Shown here piece after piece: positions 42,466-52,536 of a stretch of DNA of 64,000 bases; the stretch's first letter is position 1, and the number at the start of each line of letters is the position of its first letter. A program made the position numbers and the translations under genes. Below the pieces are notes generated by a model. It saw only the letters and a program-made list of their open reading frames with translations, did no database searches and was not told where the DNA came from. Source of the DNA: Shigella phage Sf20; sequence record MF327006. The stretch is one strand, 5' to 3'.

Positions 42466-43552
42466 TGTCTCAATAAAACTTTATCAGGATTATGAGGCAT
42501 TTCTAAATCATCGCTTTATAGAATTGGGCGCTACCTTTGTTACAATGACTCTGCGTGATTCGATTCGTGGGGTGAACGAAGGATTGTTGCAATTCTATGA
42601 TAATAAGGCGATGCATACAAAATTAAACGGGAGAGAGATCATTCAGATTTCGCTATCCACTGCTAATACAGATGAAGTGTTTAACCGAATCTATGGGATC
42701 TCTCATAGTAATGTAACAATTGACCAAAAATCCGACAACATTTTAACATTCCAGTTAAAGAGCTATCACGAATCATTAAACCTTAAATTTTCTCGCTCAT
42801 TGACAAATAACGCGGTTAATAACGTAACTAGCATGATTGATGCCATCTATAAGGAAGTTCCTTTATGGAAACCTACTATAAAGGGTGATAACGTTGTTAT
42901 TCCTCGTTGTCCGTGGGTTAGTACCATAAATGACTATATGGATTTTGTGAGGGCATACGGGCAAAGCGTAGAAACCGAGTCTTTCGTGTATTGCTGGGAA
43001 GATTTTGATGGTATAACGATCGCTGGACACGATACAATATTAAAAAATGAGCCAATACCAGCTATAATCTGTGAGCCTAGACTCATGGGGCAGTTTATTG
43101 ATATGTCGCCTAATCTGATGGTTTTTAATTTCGAGTGGCAGACTAAGAGCAATGCTAAAGTTAAAAATTCATTTAGCAATGTGACATACACAACTATTGA
43201 TTTTGTTACTAAGCAGTATAATAAAATTATTGTTGGTAATGGGGATAATATTGCACACTTTGCTCATGGTGGCGCTTATGGCGATTTAACTTATAAGAAT
43301 GCGTTTTTGGAAGGTTCTAAACTTGCCACAATAGAACAATATGATTCATATGCTACCGCCGTGTGTCACGGTAATTTTTCGTTGCGCCCCGGCATGGTTA
43401 TTCGATTCTTTGATGAGAAGCAACAAGCACGCAATGATTTTATTGTTGACGAAGTGGTGCATGAAATTAGCCGAGAGCAATCATTAACTCACCTGTATAT
43501 GATCGGTAATAGCGAAGAATTACAGGAAGTCAAATTTGAAGGTAAGATATAA
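42443..43552 (+). CDS. 27: baseplate hub subunit gp27, 369 aa
   Basis: Size and synteny. Confidence 0.8.
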   Translation: MQRTGFPNVSIKLYQDYEAFLNHRFIELGATFVTMTLRDSIRGVNEGLLQFYDNKAMHTKLNGREIIQISLSTANTDEVFNRIYGISHSNVTIDQKSDNILTFQLKSYHESLNLKFSRSLTNNAVNNVTSMIDAIYKEVPLWKPTIKGDNVVIPRCPWVSTINDYMDFVRAYGQSVETESFVYCWEDFDGITIAGHDTILKNEPIPAIICEPRLMGQFIDMSPNLMVFNFEWQTKSNAKVKNSFSNVTYTTIDFVTKQYNKIIVGNGDNIAHFAHGGAYGDLTYKNAFLEGSKLATIEQYDSYATAVCHGNFSLRPGMVIRFFDEKQQARNDFIVDEVVHEISREQSLTHLYMIGNSEELQEVKFEGKI

Positions 43553-44070
43553 TGACAGAAACTAAACCTATGTTAAAATTTGTTGTTCCTGTAAAAAAAT
43601 TAGAGATAAACGGGAAACATATCAAGATCCCAAAAATGGGGATTAAGCAACATCGATTATTAAAAGATGTTCGTAGCTGTGATGAAACATTAAAGATTCT
43701 TCTTGATTCAATCTGTCCTGGGTTAAACGCTGCCGAGTCTGAATTGGTTATGCTTAACCTTTGTGCGTTTAATGGTAAGTGTCTGGAAGAAAAAGATGGT
43801 CTTAAGCTGTCTGATGTGTATATTTGTACAGAGACTGAATTTACTTTAAATGGTAAAGTCTTTAAATTTAAAAATCCAATGTATACTTCTGACCCCATTA
43901 TCGATGACGCTGATTTCTTGAGTCATCATTATCACGATCCTAGCGTAGACTTCCATGATTTCCCAGCTTTTATTATGGATTGGGCTACAGGATTAAGAAA
44001 AACTATTGCACTGGATACACCGGAAGGTACTATCTATGGTGGAATTAACATATTGGATCGCCTATCATGA
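43552..44070 (+). CDS. 28: baseplate hub distal subunit gp28, 172 aa
   Basis: Size and synteny. Confidence 0.75.
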   Translation: MTETKPMLKFVVPVKKLEINGKHIKIPKMGIKQHRLLKDVRSCDETLKILLDSICPGLNAAESELVMLNLCAFNGKCLEEKDGLKLSDVYICTETEFTLNGKVFKFKNPMYTSDPIIDDADFLSHHYHDPSVDFHDFPAFIMDWATGLRKTIALDTPEGTIYGGINILDRLS

Positions 44071-45800
44071 ATGACGCATTAACATCATTTCGCGGGATGC
44101 GCAAGGAAGCGGAAGAAAACCCGATTGATAAACTTAACAAATTAGATAAACTTGATTCTATTGATAATTTGCAAGCCGCTACCGAATTGGTGGCTGAGAC
44201 AGTGGAACAAAAATCTAATGAAGTTGTTGGTGCGGTAGAGGATAACACCGCAGCCAATGAATTGACGGCAGAAAATACACAATCTACCGCTGGCAATACC
44301 CAAAAAACTTATGAAGAATTGCAAAAACTCAATAATTTCTCTTCTCAGATGAATGAGAAATTACGTGGTTTTGGTGTTATGATGGAACGTAGATTTGGTG
44401 TTGTCAGTAAAATGGCTAGCGGTATTGGTGCGATTGAAGAAGCATTGAAAAAACCGGAACAACCGCAAACAATGCCATCACCTCAGCCAGTTTTGCCTAC
44501 TGTGCCGGAACAGCCTAATAATGACAACTATCAAGGTCTTCCAAAGAAAAAACCAGATGTTGAGGAACGGAAGAAAAAGAACGCCACAGATAAGCGTAAT
44601 GCAGATTCTATGGAAAATCTTCTTAAAGTTGTTCGTGGAGGATTTAAAGAAACCATAGGTATCTCTAATAAGGTCTTAGGGATGTTATTTAAGATCACTT
44701 TGACCGCTATGGCAGAAGCCGCAAAATGGGGTGCTATTTTGATGGGTATTGTTTTTGTCATTGATACCCTGATGGTTCATTTCAGATATTGGAGCGATTT
44801 ATTCGAGACAAAGTTCAGTGAATTTATGGATAAGGCCGGAGAATGGGCTGGTCCTATTAGCGATATTTTAACTACTGTTCGTCAGGTTCGAGATTATTGG
44901 TCTAAAGGCGAATATGGGGAGTTAATTAAATCTCTTGTTATGGGTATTGGTGATGCATTCTATAAAACCTTTATCCAACTTGATCGAATTATCACTACTG
45001 GTATTGCTAAAATTCTTCGCATGATCCCTGGTATGGGTGATTATGCCGATAAGTTAGAATATGGTGCTTTAAAATCTGCTGTCGCTCAAGGCTATACGCC
45101 AAATGAAAGAGAACTCGAATTAATGGATAAGATCGAGTCTGAACACGAAGAAGACAAATATGGAGAGCGCACAGGATGGACAGGAAAAGCCCGTGATATT
45201 GGCGAAGCTATTGGGGATTCTATTAAGGATAAAGTTAACGAAGGTCTTGTTAGTCTGGGCTGGAGAGATCAAAAGGATGTTGACGCAGAGAAACGACAAG
45301 AAGAATTAAAACGCGGGGAATATAAGTCTGTTTCTGCTGAACAACGATCTGCTAGTCGTAAACTTAGAATTAAAAGCGAGGGCGCGATCAATAATATTAA
45401 TGAAGTTATGGAGAATTTGAGCGGTGACTATGACAAAGAAAGAATGGGAGAGTTGAAAAAGGATATTGATGTTTACCGTGAGCAAGTTCAAGATCCTACA
45501 TTAGTTGAAAGTGATCGTTCTCAGTTAGAGCGTCTTATTGAAAAATTTGATGAGATGTATGCTGATAAAACTAAGGGTGTGGTTCCAACTAATCCTGTTC
45601 CTGCAACTGAAACGGAAACAGCAAAACAAGCGGAACGTACTGAACAAATGCAGAAACAAGCTGCAATCCAGCAACAAACGACAAATCAGACCTCAAACGT
45701 AAATAATACACAAATTGTAACAAACAATAGAACTATTAAACAGGGTGCACCAACAACTAGAATTGATGCTCCCGGTACAATTAATATGGGGAACTTTTAA
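44067..45800 (+). CDS. 29: baseplate hub / tail length determinator gp29, 577 aa
   Basis: Size and synteny; extended helical sequence. Confidence 0.8.
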   Translation: MNDALTSFRGMRKEAEENPIDKLNKLDKLDSIDNLQAATELVAETVEQKSNEVVGAVEDNTAANELTAENTQSTAGNTQKTYEELQKLNNFSSQMNEKLRGFGVMMERRFGVVSKMASGIGAIEEALKKPEQPQTMPSPQPVLPTVPEQPNNDNYQGLPKKKPDVEERKKKNATDKRNADSMENLLKVVRGGFKETIGISNKVLGMLFKITLTAMAEAAKWGAILMGIVFVIDTLMVHFRYWSDLFETKFSEFMDKAGEWAGPISDILTTVRQVRDYWSKGEYGELIKSLVMGIGDAFYKTFIQLDRIITTGIAKILRMIPGMGDYADKLEYGALKSAVAQGYTPNERELELMDKIESEHEEDKYGERTGWTGKARDIGEAIGDSIKDKVNEGLVSLGWRDQKDVDAEKRQEELKRGEYKSVSAEQRSASRKLRIKSEGAINNINEVMENLSGDYDKERMGELKKDIDVYREQVQDPTLVESDRSQLERLIEKFDEMYADKTKGVVPTNPVPATETETAKQAERTEQMQKQAAIQQQTTNQTSNVNNTQIVTNNRTIKQGAPTTRIDAPGTINMGNF

Positions 45801-46858
45801 TGAAAATTAGTGTTATCAATGATGCCGTTGATAGCTTTAAAGCGGGGGTTAAAACCTCCGCTGGTTTTACCTCAAAAAATAAAGGGAAAACATTAACCGC
45901 TCAATTCCCCGCTGAACGTGCTAGCGGTAATGATGCTAGCGGTTATTATATCAACGACTTATATAATAATGGTCTGTTATTCACTGCATACGATTATACA
46001 TCTCGTACTACTGGTTCGTTGCGTGATTTCAGGAAAAAGAAAAATGTTGCTAGCGGTTTTGGCGGTAGCGTTAATATCGCTGGTTTTGATTTAAATTTGG
46101 GTGGGAGAAATGCTGCATTTGACCGAGAGGCAATTGCTAATATTCTTCTTCCTCGTAGTCAATCTGACGTTGACGCTGCCAGCCATAAGTTTAATGATGT
46201 TGGTGAATCTGTTATTTCTCGCGGCGGTGGTACTTTAGGCGGTGCTCTTTCTAATATGGCATCTACTGCCGTTTTTGGTGGTATCGAAAGTATTACTGGT
46301 GGATACCTTGCCGATCACGGTGAACAGATTTATAATACTGCGCGAAGCATGTATGCGGGTGCTGACGCACGAACGAAAAACTACGTATGGCATCTAACCC
46401 CACGTAGTATTGAAGACCTTCGCAATATTCTGATCATATACGAAACGTTTTTAGAATTGTCTTATGGTTCTAGTGGTATTTCCAGCACCGCAAAAGAATT
46501 AAAAGCGGAAGTTGATGCGTGGTATAAAAATACACTATTGAGAAAATCCACTCCAGAGGAAGCGAAGAGAAATGATACTATGTTTGAAGGGATCACCGAT
46601 TTTCTATCAAACGTAATTACTGTATCTAACCCGACAATATGGATGATCTCTAACTTCGGCAAGCGTACATCGTTTGAAGGGCGTAGCGATGCATTTGGTC
46701 CCGCTCAGATCTCAAGTGTACGTCTGGACAAGTCGCCTGATGGTAAGTTTAATGGCCTTGCTATTTCTCCTAACTTGCCGAGTACCTTTGTTCTGGAAGT
46801 AACATTTAGAGAGATCTTGACACTTTCCCGTGGTACTATATTTGGGAGTGCGGCATAA
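45800..46858 (+). CDS. 48: baseplate tail tube cap gp48, 352 aa
   Basis: Size and synteny. Confidence 0.8.
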   Translation: MKISVINDAVDSFKAGVKTSAGFTSKNKGKTLTAQFPAERASGNDASGYYINDLYNNGLLFTAYDYTSRTTGSLRDFRKKKNVASGFGGSVNIAGFDLNLGGRNAAFDREAIANILLPRSQSDVDAASHKFNDVGESVISRGGGTLGGALSNMASTAVFGGIESITGGYLADHGEQIYNTARSMYAGADARTKNYVWHLTPRSIEDLRNILIIYETFLELSYGSSGISSTAKELKAEVDAWYKNTLLRKSTPEEAKRNDTMFEGITDFLSNVITVSNPTIWMISNFGKRTSFEGRSDAFGPAQISSVRLDKSPDGKFNGLAISPNLPSTFVLEVTFREILTLSRGTIFGSAA

Positions 46859-47790
46859 TGTTTGATTTAAATGACTTTAACGAACAAGCCGCTAACCTTG
46901 ACTTTCAGCGATCTAACTTATTCAGCGTGGCATTTGCCACCACTCCAAGTAATAAGACACAAGCGATCCTAGAAAGTATGGGTGGTGCGGTATATGATAT
47001 TATACCAAATGCATTAAATGACTATTTCGGGATTACTCGTGGTGATTATACTGACGCATTAACAAATCTTGCTGTACAGGGTGTTAGGCGTGCTGTTGAT
47101 TCATCTGGTGTCAAAAAGTATCTTTTAGGTGCAATGTCATCCCGCGTAGTTCAATCTCTTCTGGGGCAATTTGATGTTGGTACGTATGCTCTTGACTGGT
47201 TCAATATGGCATATAAGACAAGCGGTCTTCTGGTGTATGCTGTTAAGGTTCCAGAAAACAGATTGAATTATGAAATGGACCGTAACCACAATGCGCCAAA
47301 CATTCGAATTACCGGACGTGATTTTGATCCGCTTGTATTGAGCTTTAGAATGGACTCTAGCGCATCAAACTATAGAGCAATGCAGGATTGGGTTAACTCA
47401 GTAGAAGACCCCGTTACAGGGCTTCGTGCGCTTCCTGTTGACGTTGAAGCAGATATTCAGGTCAACTTACATAACCGAATGGGAGTTCCTCACACGATCA
47501 TGATGTTTAATGGTTGTGTTCCTGTTGGTGTGAGTGCACCGGAATTAAACTATGAAAACAACAACGAAATCACAACATTCGATGTTACTTTCGCATATCG
47601 TTCTATGCAAACTGGTGCTGTAGGAGAGCAAGCCGCGCGAGAATGGATTGAGGATAAGGCAATAAACGCAATAACAAACACTTTCGGCAATAATTTACTT
47701 GATAGTGGGTTATCTGCTGCTGGTAATGCTTTATCGCGTCTAAATGGCGTTGGTGGGCGTGTGGTGAATACTGTCACTAACTGGTTCTGA
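46858..47790 (+). CDS. 54: baseplate tail tube initiator gp54, 310 aa
   Basis: Size and synteny. Confidence 0.8.
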   Translation: MFDLNDFNEQAANLDFQRSNLFSVAFATTPSNKTQAILESMGGAVYDIIPNALNDYFGITRGDYTDALTNLAVQGVRRAVDSSGVKKYLLGAMSSRVVQSLLGQFDVGTYALDWFNMAYKTSGLLVYAVKVPENRLNYEMDRNHNAPNIRITGRDFDPLVLSFRMDSSASNYRAMQDWVNSVEDPVTGLRALPVDVEADIQVNLHNRMGVPHTIMMFNGCVPVGVSAPELNYENNNEITTFDVTFAYRSMQTGAVGEQAAREWIEDKAINAITNTFGNNLLDSGLSAAGNALSRLNGVGGRVVNTVTNWF

Positions 47791-47798
47791 TAAGCGAA

Positions 47799-47830
47799 AG
47801 GCGGGGATTATCCCCCGCCTTTTTATTTTG
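47799..47830 (+). terminator. terminator hairpin between convergent genes 54 and lipoprotein gene
   Basis: Hairpin AGGCGGGG-attatc-CCCCGCCT followed by TTTTATTTTG. Confidence 0.65.
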
Positions 47831-48308
47831 CTAAATCATTGCAATATTTTAGTGCCTTAGTTTGAAATTCTGCGCTGTTAAGTTCTTCATAACGGTCATA
47901 ATCACCGTTTAATGCTGCCTTTCTTGCTTCTTGCTCTATCTGCATGTCAGACATGATAATACAGCGATCCCGTGCTTTCATCTTCTCAAGTTGTATAGAC
48001 TCTTCTTTCTGCTTGCGCAATTCTTCTTGACGCTTCTTTTCTTCTTGTGCTTTCTCTTCCCGCGCTTCTTTGATTGCATCCTTGAACATCTGCGTTTGTG
48101 GTGCTAAACCAACTTTAACGCGATCCACGTCTCGACGTTCCATTTTAGAAATAAAGCACGATTCGATCTGATCATCACTTGCATATGCTGCTTTACATTC
48201 ACGAAGCAAGAAAACCGGATCTGATTTAGCATTCATCATAGCTTCCATGTTGGCACAACCAGTAAGCATGAATGCAGCCGCAAGACCAATCAGTTTAATC
48301 ATTTTCAT
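47823..48308 (-). CDS. putative lipoprotein, 161 aa
   Basis: Signal peptide with lipobox (AAFMLTGC); Lys/Glu-rich coiled region; RBS GAGGTGA. Confidence 0.55.
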   Translation of the reverse strand: MKMIKLIGLAAAFMLTGCANMEAMMNAKSDPVFLLRECKAAYASDDQIESCFISKMERRDVDRVKVGLAPQTQMFKDAIKEAREEKAQEEKKRQEELRKQKEESIQLEKMKARDRCIIMSDMQIEQEARKAALNGDYDRYEELNSAEFQTKALKYCNDLAK

Positions 48309-49129
48309 TTAGTCACCTCACCGAAAATTGTAAATTGTCTACGATTCTCATCGCCGAAAGATTCTACTACGTCGTTTACCTTGACGCAAGTCCCGCGCGG
48401 TAAAATTACTTCACATTCGCAAGGGTTCCATGCAATTGACCCAACAACAAAACCTTTATGATCTTTTACGTCAATTACCCATGATACATTACAAGAATGT
48501 TGCATCTTTCCGGTCATTGATTCATATCGATTCTCACAATAAAGGCTAGTGCTGTTTGATAGCCATCCTCCAAAGATGATCGGTGTCATGCTGGTCGATA
48601 CAAAGTTTTTAAAGGTAAACTCCTTATCTTCAATGATGCGCTCTATTGTCTGAATGTCAAGATGTTGACCGCGATAAAGAGTACCGTTTAACTTTTCGGT
48701 TTTATCCATGACACAATCCATCAAATCAACAATCTCTGATATCTCATCGGTCATGTCTTCTTCCCCTAAGAGAGCACCATTTACCCATTCGTATTGCTCA
48801 GACACATAATCACATATTGCATTATATTCTGCTGGGGTTATGTTGTTATGTTTGTAATGTTTGAATACATTATCTCCAAAGTCTTCGGAGTGTACTTCAT
48901 ACATCACATTAATGATTTTCTTGACAAATCCATAATCTTGTGTCTCACGCTCAAGGAAGCGGATAACCTTCACATAATCATCAAAGTTAATCTGATCGCT
49001 GATCATCTCAGTGATCATGTAACCATTAATCCCCTCAATGTCATATGTTTCGATGTAATTATCCATACGTTCCATCATTGATTCGCGTGATTCTTCTGAA
49101 AGACGAAAATCCTGTAATTTCTTGAACAT
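48305..49129 (-). CDS. Alt-like mono-ADP-ribosyltransferase paralog, 274 aa
   Basis: R-S-E catalytic triad signature: LYRGQ, FVSTS, ECEVILP. Confidence 0.6.
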   Translation of the reverse strand: MFKKLQDFRLSEESRESMMERMDNYIETYDIEGINGYMITEMISDQINFDDYVKVIRFLERETQDYGFVKKIINVMYEVHSEDFGDNVFKHYKHNNITPAEYNAICDYVSEQYEWVNGALLGEEDMTDEISEIVDLMDCVMDKTEKLNGTLYRGQHLDIQTIERIIEDKEFTFKNFVSTSMTPIIFGGWLSNSTSLYCENRYESMTGKMQHSCNVSWVIDVKDHKGFVVGSIAWNPCECEVILPRGTCVKVNDVVESFGDENRRQFTIFGEVTK

Positions 49130-49150
49130 TTTAAGCCTCCCATATAACAG

Positions 49151-49190
49151 AAAACGGGGCTAGTATAAAACTAGTCCCCGTTTGAGTCAA
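49151..49190 (-). terminator. rho-independent terminator downstream of alt (minus strand)
   Basis: Minus-strand stem-loop (CGGGGACTAG..CTAGCCCCG) followed by TTTTCTGTT. Confidence 0.55.
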
Positions 49191-49207
49191 CCATTATTTC
49201 TTAAAAA

Positions 49208-51333
49208 TTACATTTTAAATTTATCTGGCATTGCGTCTACAGATACCAGGTCAGCGATAAGCTGACGTAGAGTTGCCTTATCTGCTTTCTTACGTTCGGT
49301 TTTAGCTTCGCTAATGAAGCTGGAGAAAGACAGGTCAGAAGCAGGTTTAACAACACCTTCACGGATGAATGCATCACCGTCCGCGATCATCTCGCCAGAT
49401 TCTTGTAATGCTGCCAGTTCATTTTTGTTCATAATATGTGCCTCAATGTAATAAGTTTCTTGTGAATCCGTCGATGCCGTAGCACGAGTTACCGTATCAA
49501 AGGATAACACAACACCGCGAGGAAGTAAAATCTCGCATTCTTTGTAAGCAAATGCTTTGTTACCTACTGGCAAGACAGGGATGTTTTCCGCGCCAGCAAT
49601 GGAGAAAGCAACATTAGCGCCACCTTCACCGCGAGAGCCAGCCATAGAATCAACACCAGCAACGGCACTAGCCACGTTTGCATTCCAGCCGCCAAAAATT
49701 CACCGCGAGAGCCAGCCATAGAATCAACACCAGCAACGGCACTAGCCACGTTTGCATTCCAGCCGCCAAAAATGTTAGGTGCAAGGGAAGTGCTCACATA
49801 GTTTTTAAAGTAAAACGCTTTTTGCTTACGTGCAGTTTCCCACATTTGCGACCGGAAGTCCATACCACGATACAGAATAGTACCCGGATCAAGTTTAACA
49901 CCATAGTTAGAGAAGGCATTATCCAGTGCATCGCACATCTTGACCAATTCTTCTGGATCTGCGATTCCCTCAAACTCTTCCAGCTTACGATCAGTTAGGA
50001 AGTTGTTCATATTGATGTATGCTGCATCGGCATATTCGCTCAACACAAAACCTTCCGCGCCTGGCAGATCAAGATCAATATCTGCCATCATTTCACCCAT
50101 GTTGCTAGCAATTGCTTCAAACATACCGGAGGCAACATTACGTAGGGCATCGGTTTTAATCTGGGTGATATGACTACGCAGCATTTCAGCTTTTACATCT
50201 GCTGGCATAGACTGGTCTACTCGATCCATTGCCAAGGCGGTGATCTTGTTTTCGAATACTTCCTCGCTCATGATTTCTTTTAAGCGTTTGACCGAGGCTG
50301 CGATAACTTCCGCAGACAATGGGTCATATTGATCCTGAACTTTTACCAGTTCGCTTACTGCGTATTTTGCATCGGCTTCGCTTTCAAAAATAGTACGCAT
50401 GAAACCATAGCGAGTGATAATATCACTTGTCCAGTCATTCAGAGAACGGGCGGTTGAACGTTCTAAGGCTTGACGGTCAATCAGAGTATTAAACTGTTTC
50501 TTAGGTTCTGCTTCGGTGATATCTTCTTCCGGTTTAAGATTAATTTTTTCTGGATGATTCACATAGTCGCTGTTATAGGTCGCTTGAGTTTTCAGCATTT
50601 CTTCTTTAGTCAAACGAGATTTAGCCGCTACGCGTTGTTCTGCTTCCGCGTTTCGTTCTTCTTCTGACACAAGACTAGCCGCATACGCCTCATCTTTAGT
50701 CAGAGATTCACCAGTAGCCTTAGATACCCAGCGATCACCTAAATCACTTTCTACTTTAGTGAACAAGGATTCATCAAGTTTAATCCCTTTAATCTTATCA
50801 ATCGCCATCCCGCGACGCTTGACAACAACTAAAGCGATCTTTTTGCTGGTCATTACTTCCTGCTGGAATACTTCAAACTTCGGTGTACGACGCACCAAAC
50901 GCTCTATAACGCGCTTAACCAGTTCGGTCTTACCTTTCATGCGGGATACGTTAAAACGGAACATAACAGCGTCTAATTGAGCTTTACGGGCTGTTTCCAT
51001 AACCACATCAAAAGCACTTGCCATAACTGCAATCGGGTTATCGCCTAGACCATTTTTAAGCTGTATAATACGACCGCTTTTGTTCATTTCGCACAGTACA
51101 ACATGTGCGGTCTTGTCACCCATACGAATGATTTTAGGTGTTTTGTTGGTGAAGTTGCAAAGACGGACAATCACATCTTTATCGCGTGTCTGTACTGCAA
51201 AAAGCTGTTTAGGATTCTGCTTAGGCTTTAAGCACTGTACAGGAGCAATACTGCCAAAGTTTTCTTCCTCTTCCGTCAACAGCCATTTCTCGAAAGATTC
51301 AATCATTAGATCGTCGATTTCTAAGTTAAACAT
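49208..51333 (-). pseudogene. alt: alt (ADP-ribosyltransferase) disrupted by 74-bp tandem duplication frameshift
   Basis: 589-aa ORF (49564-51333) carries LYRG and YVSTS; 155-aa ORF (49208-49675) carries the ExE motif KECEIL; both encode ASAVAGVDSMAGSRGE from the duplicated segment; removing one copy gives a single ORF of about 683 aa (T4 Alt is about 682 aa). Confidence 0.75.
49625..49772. repeat. perfect tandem direct duplication, 2 x 74 bp
   Basis: 49625-49698 is identical to 49699-49772 (TTCACCGCGAGAGCCAGCCATAGAATCAACACCAGCAACGGCACTAGCCACGTTTGCATTCCAGCCGCCAAAAA). Confidence 0.9.
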
Positions 51334-51375
51334 TTTATATCCTCTAGTTGATAACCTATAAACCTATATTTATGA

Positions 51376-51400
51376 AAACGGGGCTTAACGCCCCCTTTTT
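51376..51400 (-). terminator. terminator-like hairpin GGGGC-ttaac-GCCCC between small gene and alt
   Basis: Hairpin at 51380-51394 flanked by A-run and T-run; same hairpin sequence recurs at 55644. Confidence 0.5.
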
Positions 51401-51401
51401 A

Positions 51402-51614
51402 TTATAATGCACCATCAAGCAATTGCTCTAAGGTGTATCCTGAATAGTCTTTTTCAATCAGGATATATTTTCCTACTCGTTTAATACAACCACGCATTTC
51501 AACGTATTCTGCGTAGTTGATGGTACGAGTTGTTCCATCTTCCAGTAATGCAGTACCGATTTCGTTAATGCGGTCATAAGTTACGTCGGTAATGATGATT
51601 TCGATGTTAGCCAT
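51402..51614 (-). CDS. hypothetical protein, 70 aa (starts MANIE)
   Basis: ATG 51614 with RBS AAGGAG; ORF-track GTG extension would overlap the promoter cassette. Confidence 0.5.
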   Translation of the reverse strand: MANIEIIITDVTYDRINEIGTALLEDGTTRTINYAEYVEMRGCIKRVGKYILIEKDYSGYTLEQLLDGAL

Positions 51615-51650
51615 TTGATACTCCTTAGTAGTTCGTTTCGGTATGTGTGC

Positions 51651-51679
51651 ATTATAGGGGATCACCGATCCCCTGTCAA
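51651..51679 (-). promoter_or_regulatory. PeSL-like cassette promoter 1: TTGACA - GGGGATCGGTGATCCCC - TATAAT
   Basis: Plus attata 51651-56, 17-nt hairpin spacer, tgtcaa 51674-79. Confidence 0.6.
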
Positions 51680-51686
51680 CAACTTT

Positions 51687-52205
51687 TTAGTTATTTTTTA
51701 ATTGTTCATCTTGCAATAATGCAATCACATGCTGGCGATGTTCTTCCGATTGAGGTACACCGAAAAAGTTTGTTTTGTAGAAATACTCTAATCGGTCTTC
51801 TCGTGTGCTCTCTTCCATCATGATCGCGGGTAGTCCGAGATTTCGGAAACGTCGCTTTTCTGCTGGCGTAAAATCACTGTAATACAACATAGAATCATCA
51901 TTACAAGCAATGCTAAACTCATCCTTCATAAAGGAGAATATTGCGTTTAAACGCTGTTTACCGTCCACGATTTCGATCTCATAGCGAGAGCCATCATCAA
52001 TCTTAGCCATTGCGATAGCACCAACCGGAAAATCATTAATCAGGTTTTCAATAAACATACGTTTGTTTTCGGTGTCCCATACTAAAGGACGCTGATAATC
52101 TGGGTTCATGTTGATATAGCCATCTTCTAACCATGCTTCGTAAACAGAGATAACAAAGTTTTTAGTATTGGTATAGTAGCGGCGTTTAGGCGTTAAACGG
52201 TTCAT
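51687..52205 (-). CDS. DUF262 / ParB-like nuclease-domain protein, 172 aa
   Basis: Motifs DYQRPLVW and DGKQRL; ATG 52205 one nt after upstream stop, RBS AGGAG. Confidence 0.55.
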   Translation of the reverse strand: MNRLTPKRRYYTNTKNFVISVYEAWLEDGYINMNPDYQRPLVWDTENKRMFIENLINDFPVGAIAMAKIDDGSRYEIEIVDGKQRLNAIFSFMKDEFSIACNDDSMLYYSDFTPAEKRRFRNLGLPAIMMEESTREDRLEYFYKTNFFGVPQSEEHRQHVIALLQDEQLKNN

Positions 52206-52206
52206 G

Positions 52207-52536
52207 TTATAGTCTCCTGAATGGGTCATCACGTAAATCAATATCTTTTAAGAACTCATCCCATGAATGGCGGATATTGTTCTTAATTCTCCAGATGAGC
52301 GCAGGGATTGAACGCTCTCCCATCTGGAAGTATGGATCATATGATCCGTATGCCCAATATGCTACTACAATTCCACAATCAGAGCAATAGTATTCTATTT
52401 CACTTGCTGGCGACCAAAGTCCATCAATATGATCGGTGATCTTGCTTTCGATGTTATGGCTATGACAATCAGGGCAACGGATGCAATGACCTTGTTTATC
52501 GTAATTTGACGTTAGCGAATACTTAAACAATCTCAT
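52207..52536 (-). CDS. zinc-ribbon protein, 109 aa
   Basis: Cys clusters CIRCPDC and CSDCG; start overlaps upstream stop (TAATG). Confidence 0.55.
   Translation of the reverse strand: MRLFKYSLTSNYDKQGHCIRCPDCHSHNIESKITDHIDGLWSPASEIEYYCSDCGIVVAYWAYGSYDPYFQMGERSIPALIWRIKNNIRHSWDEFLKDIDLRDDPFRRL

Noticed and set aside
49678-50173. Plus-strand ORFs 49678-49998 and 49940-50173 opposite alt
   Set aside because: Antisense to the alt coding sequence, partly generated by the duplicated segment; no RBS.
49208-51333. Programmed ribosomal frameshift in alt
   Set aside because: The frame break coincides exactly with a perfect 74-bp tandem duplication and there is no slippery heptamer; a duplication (or artefact) explains it fully.
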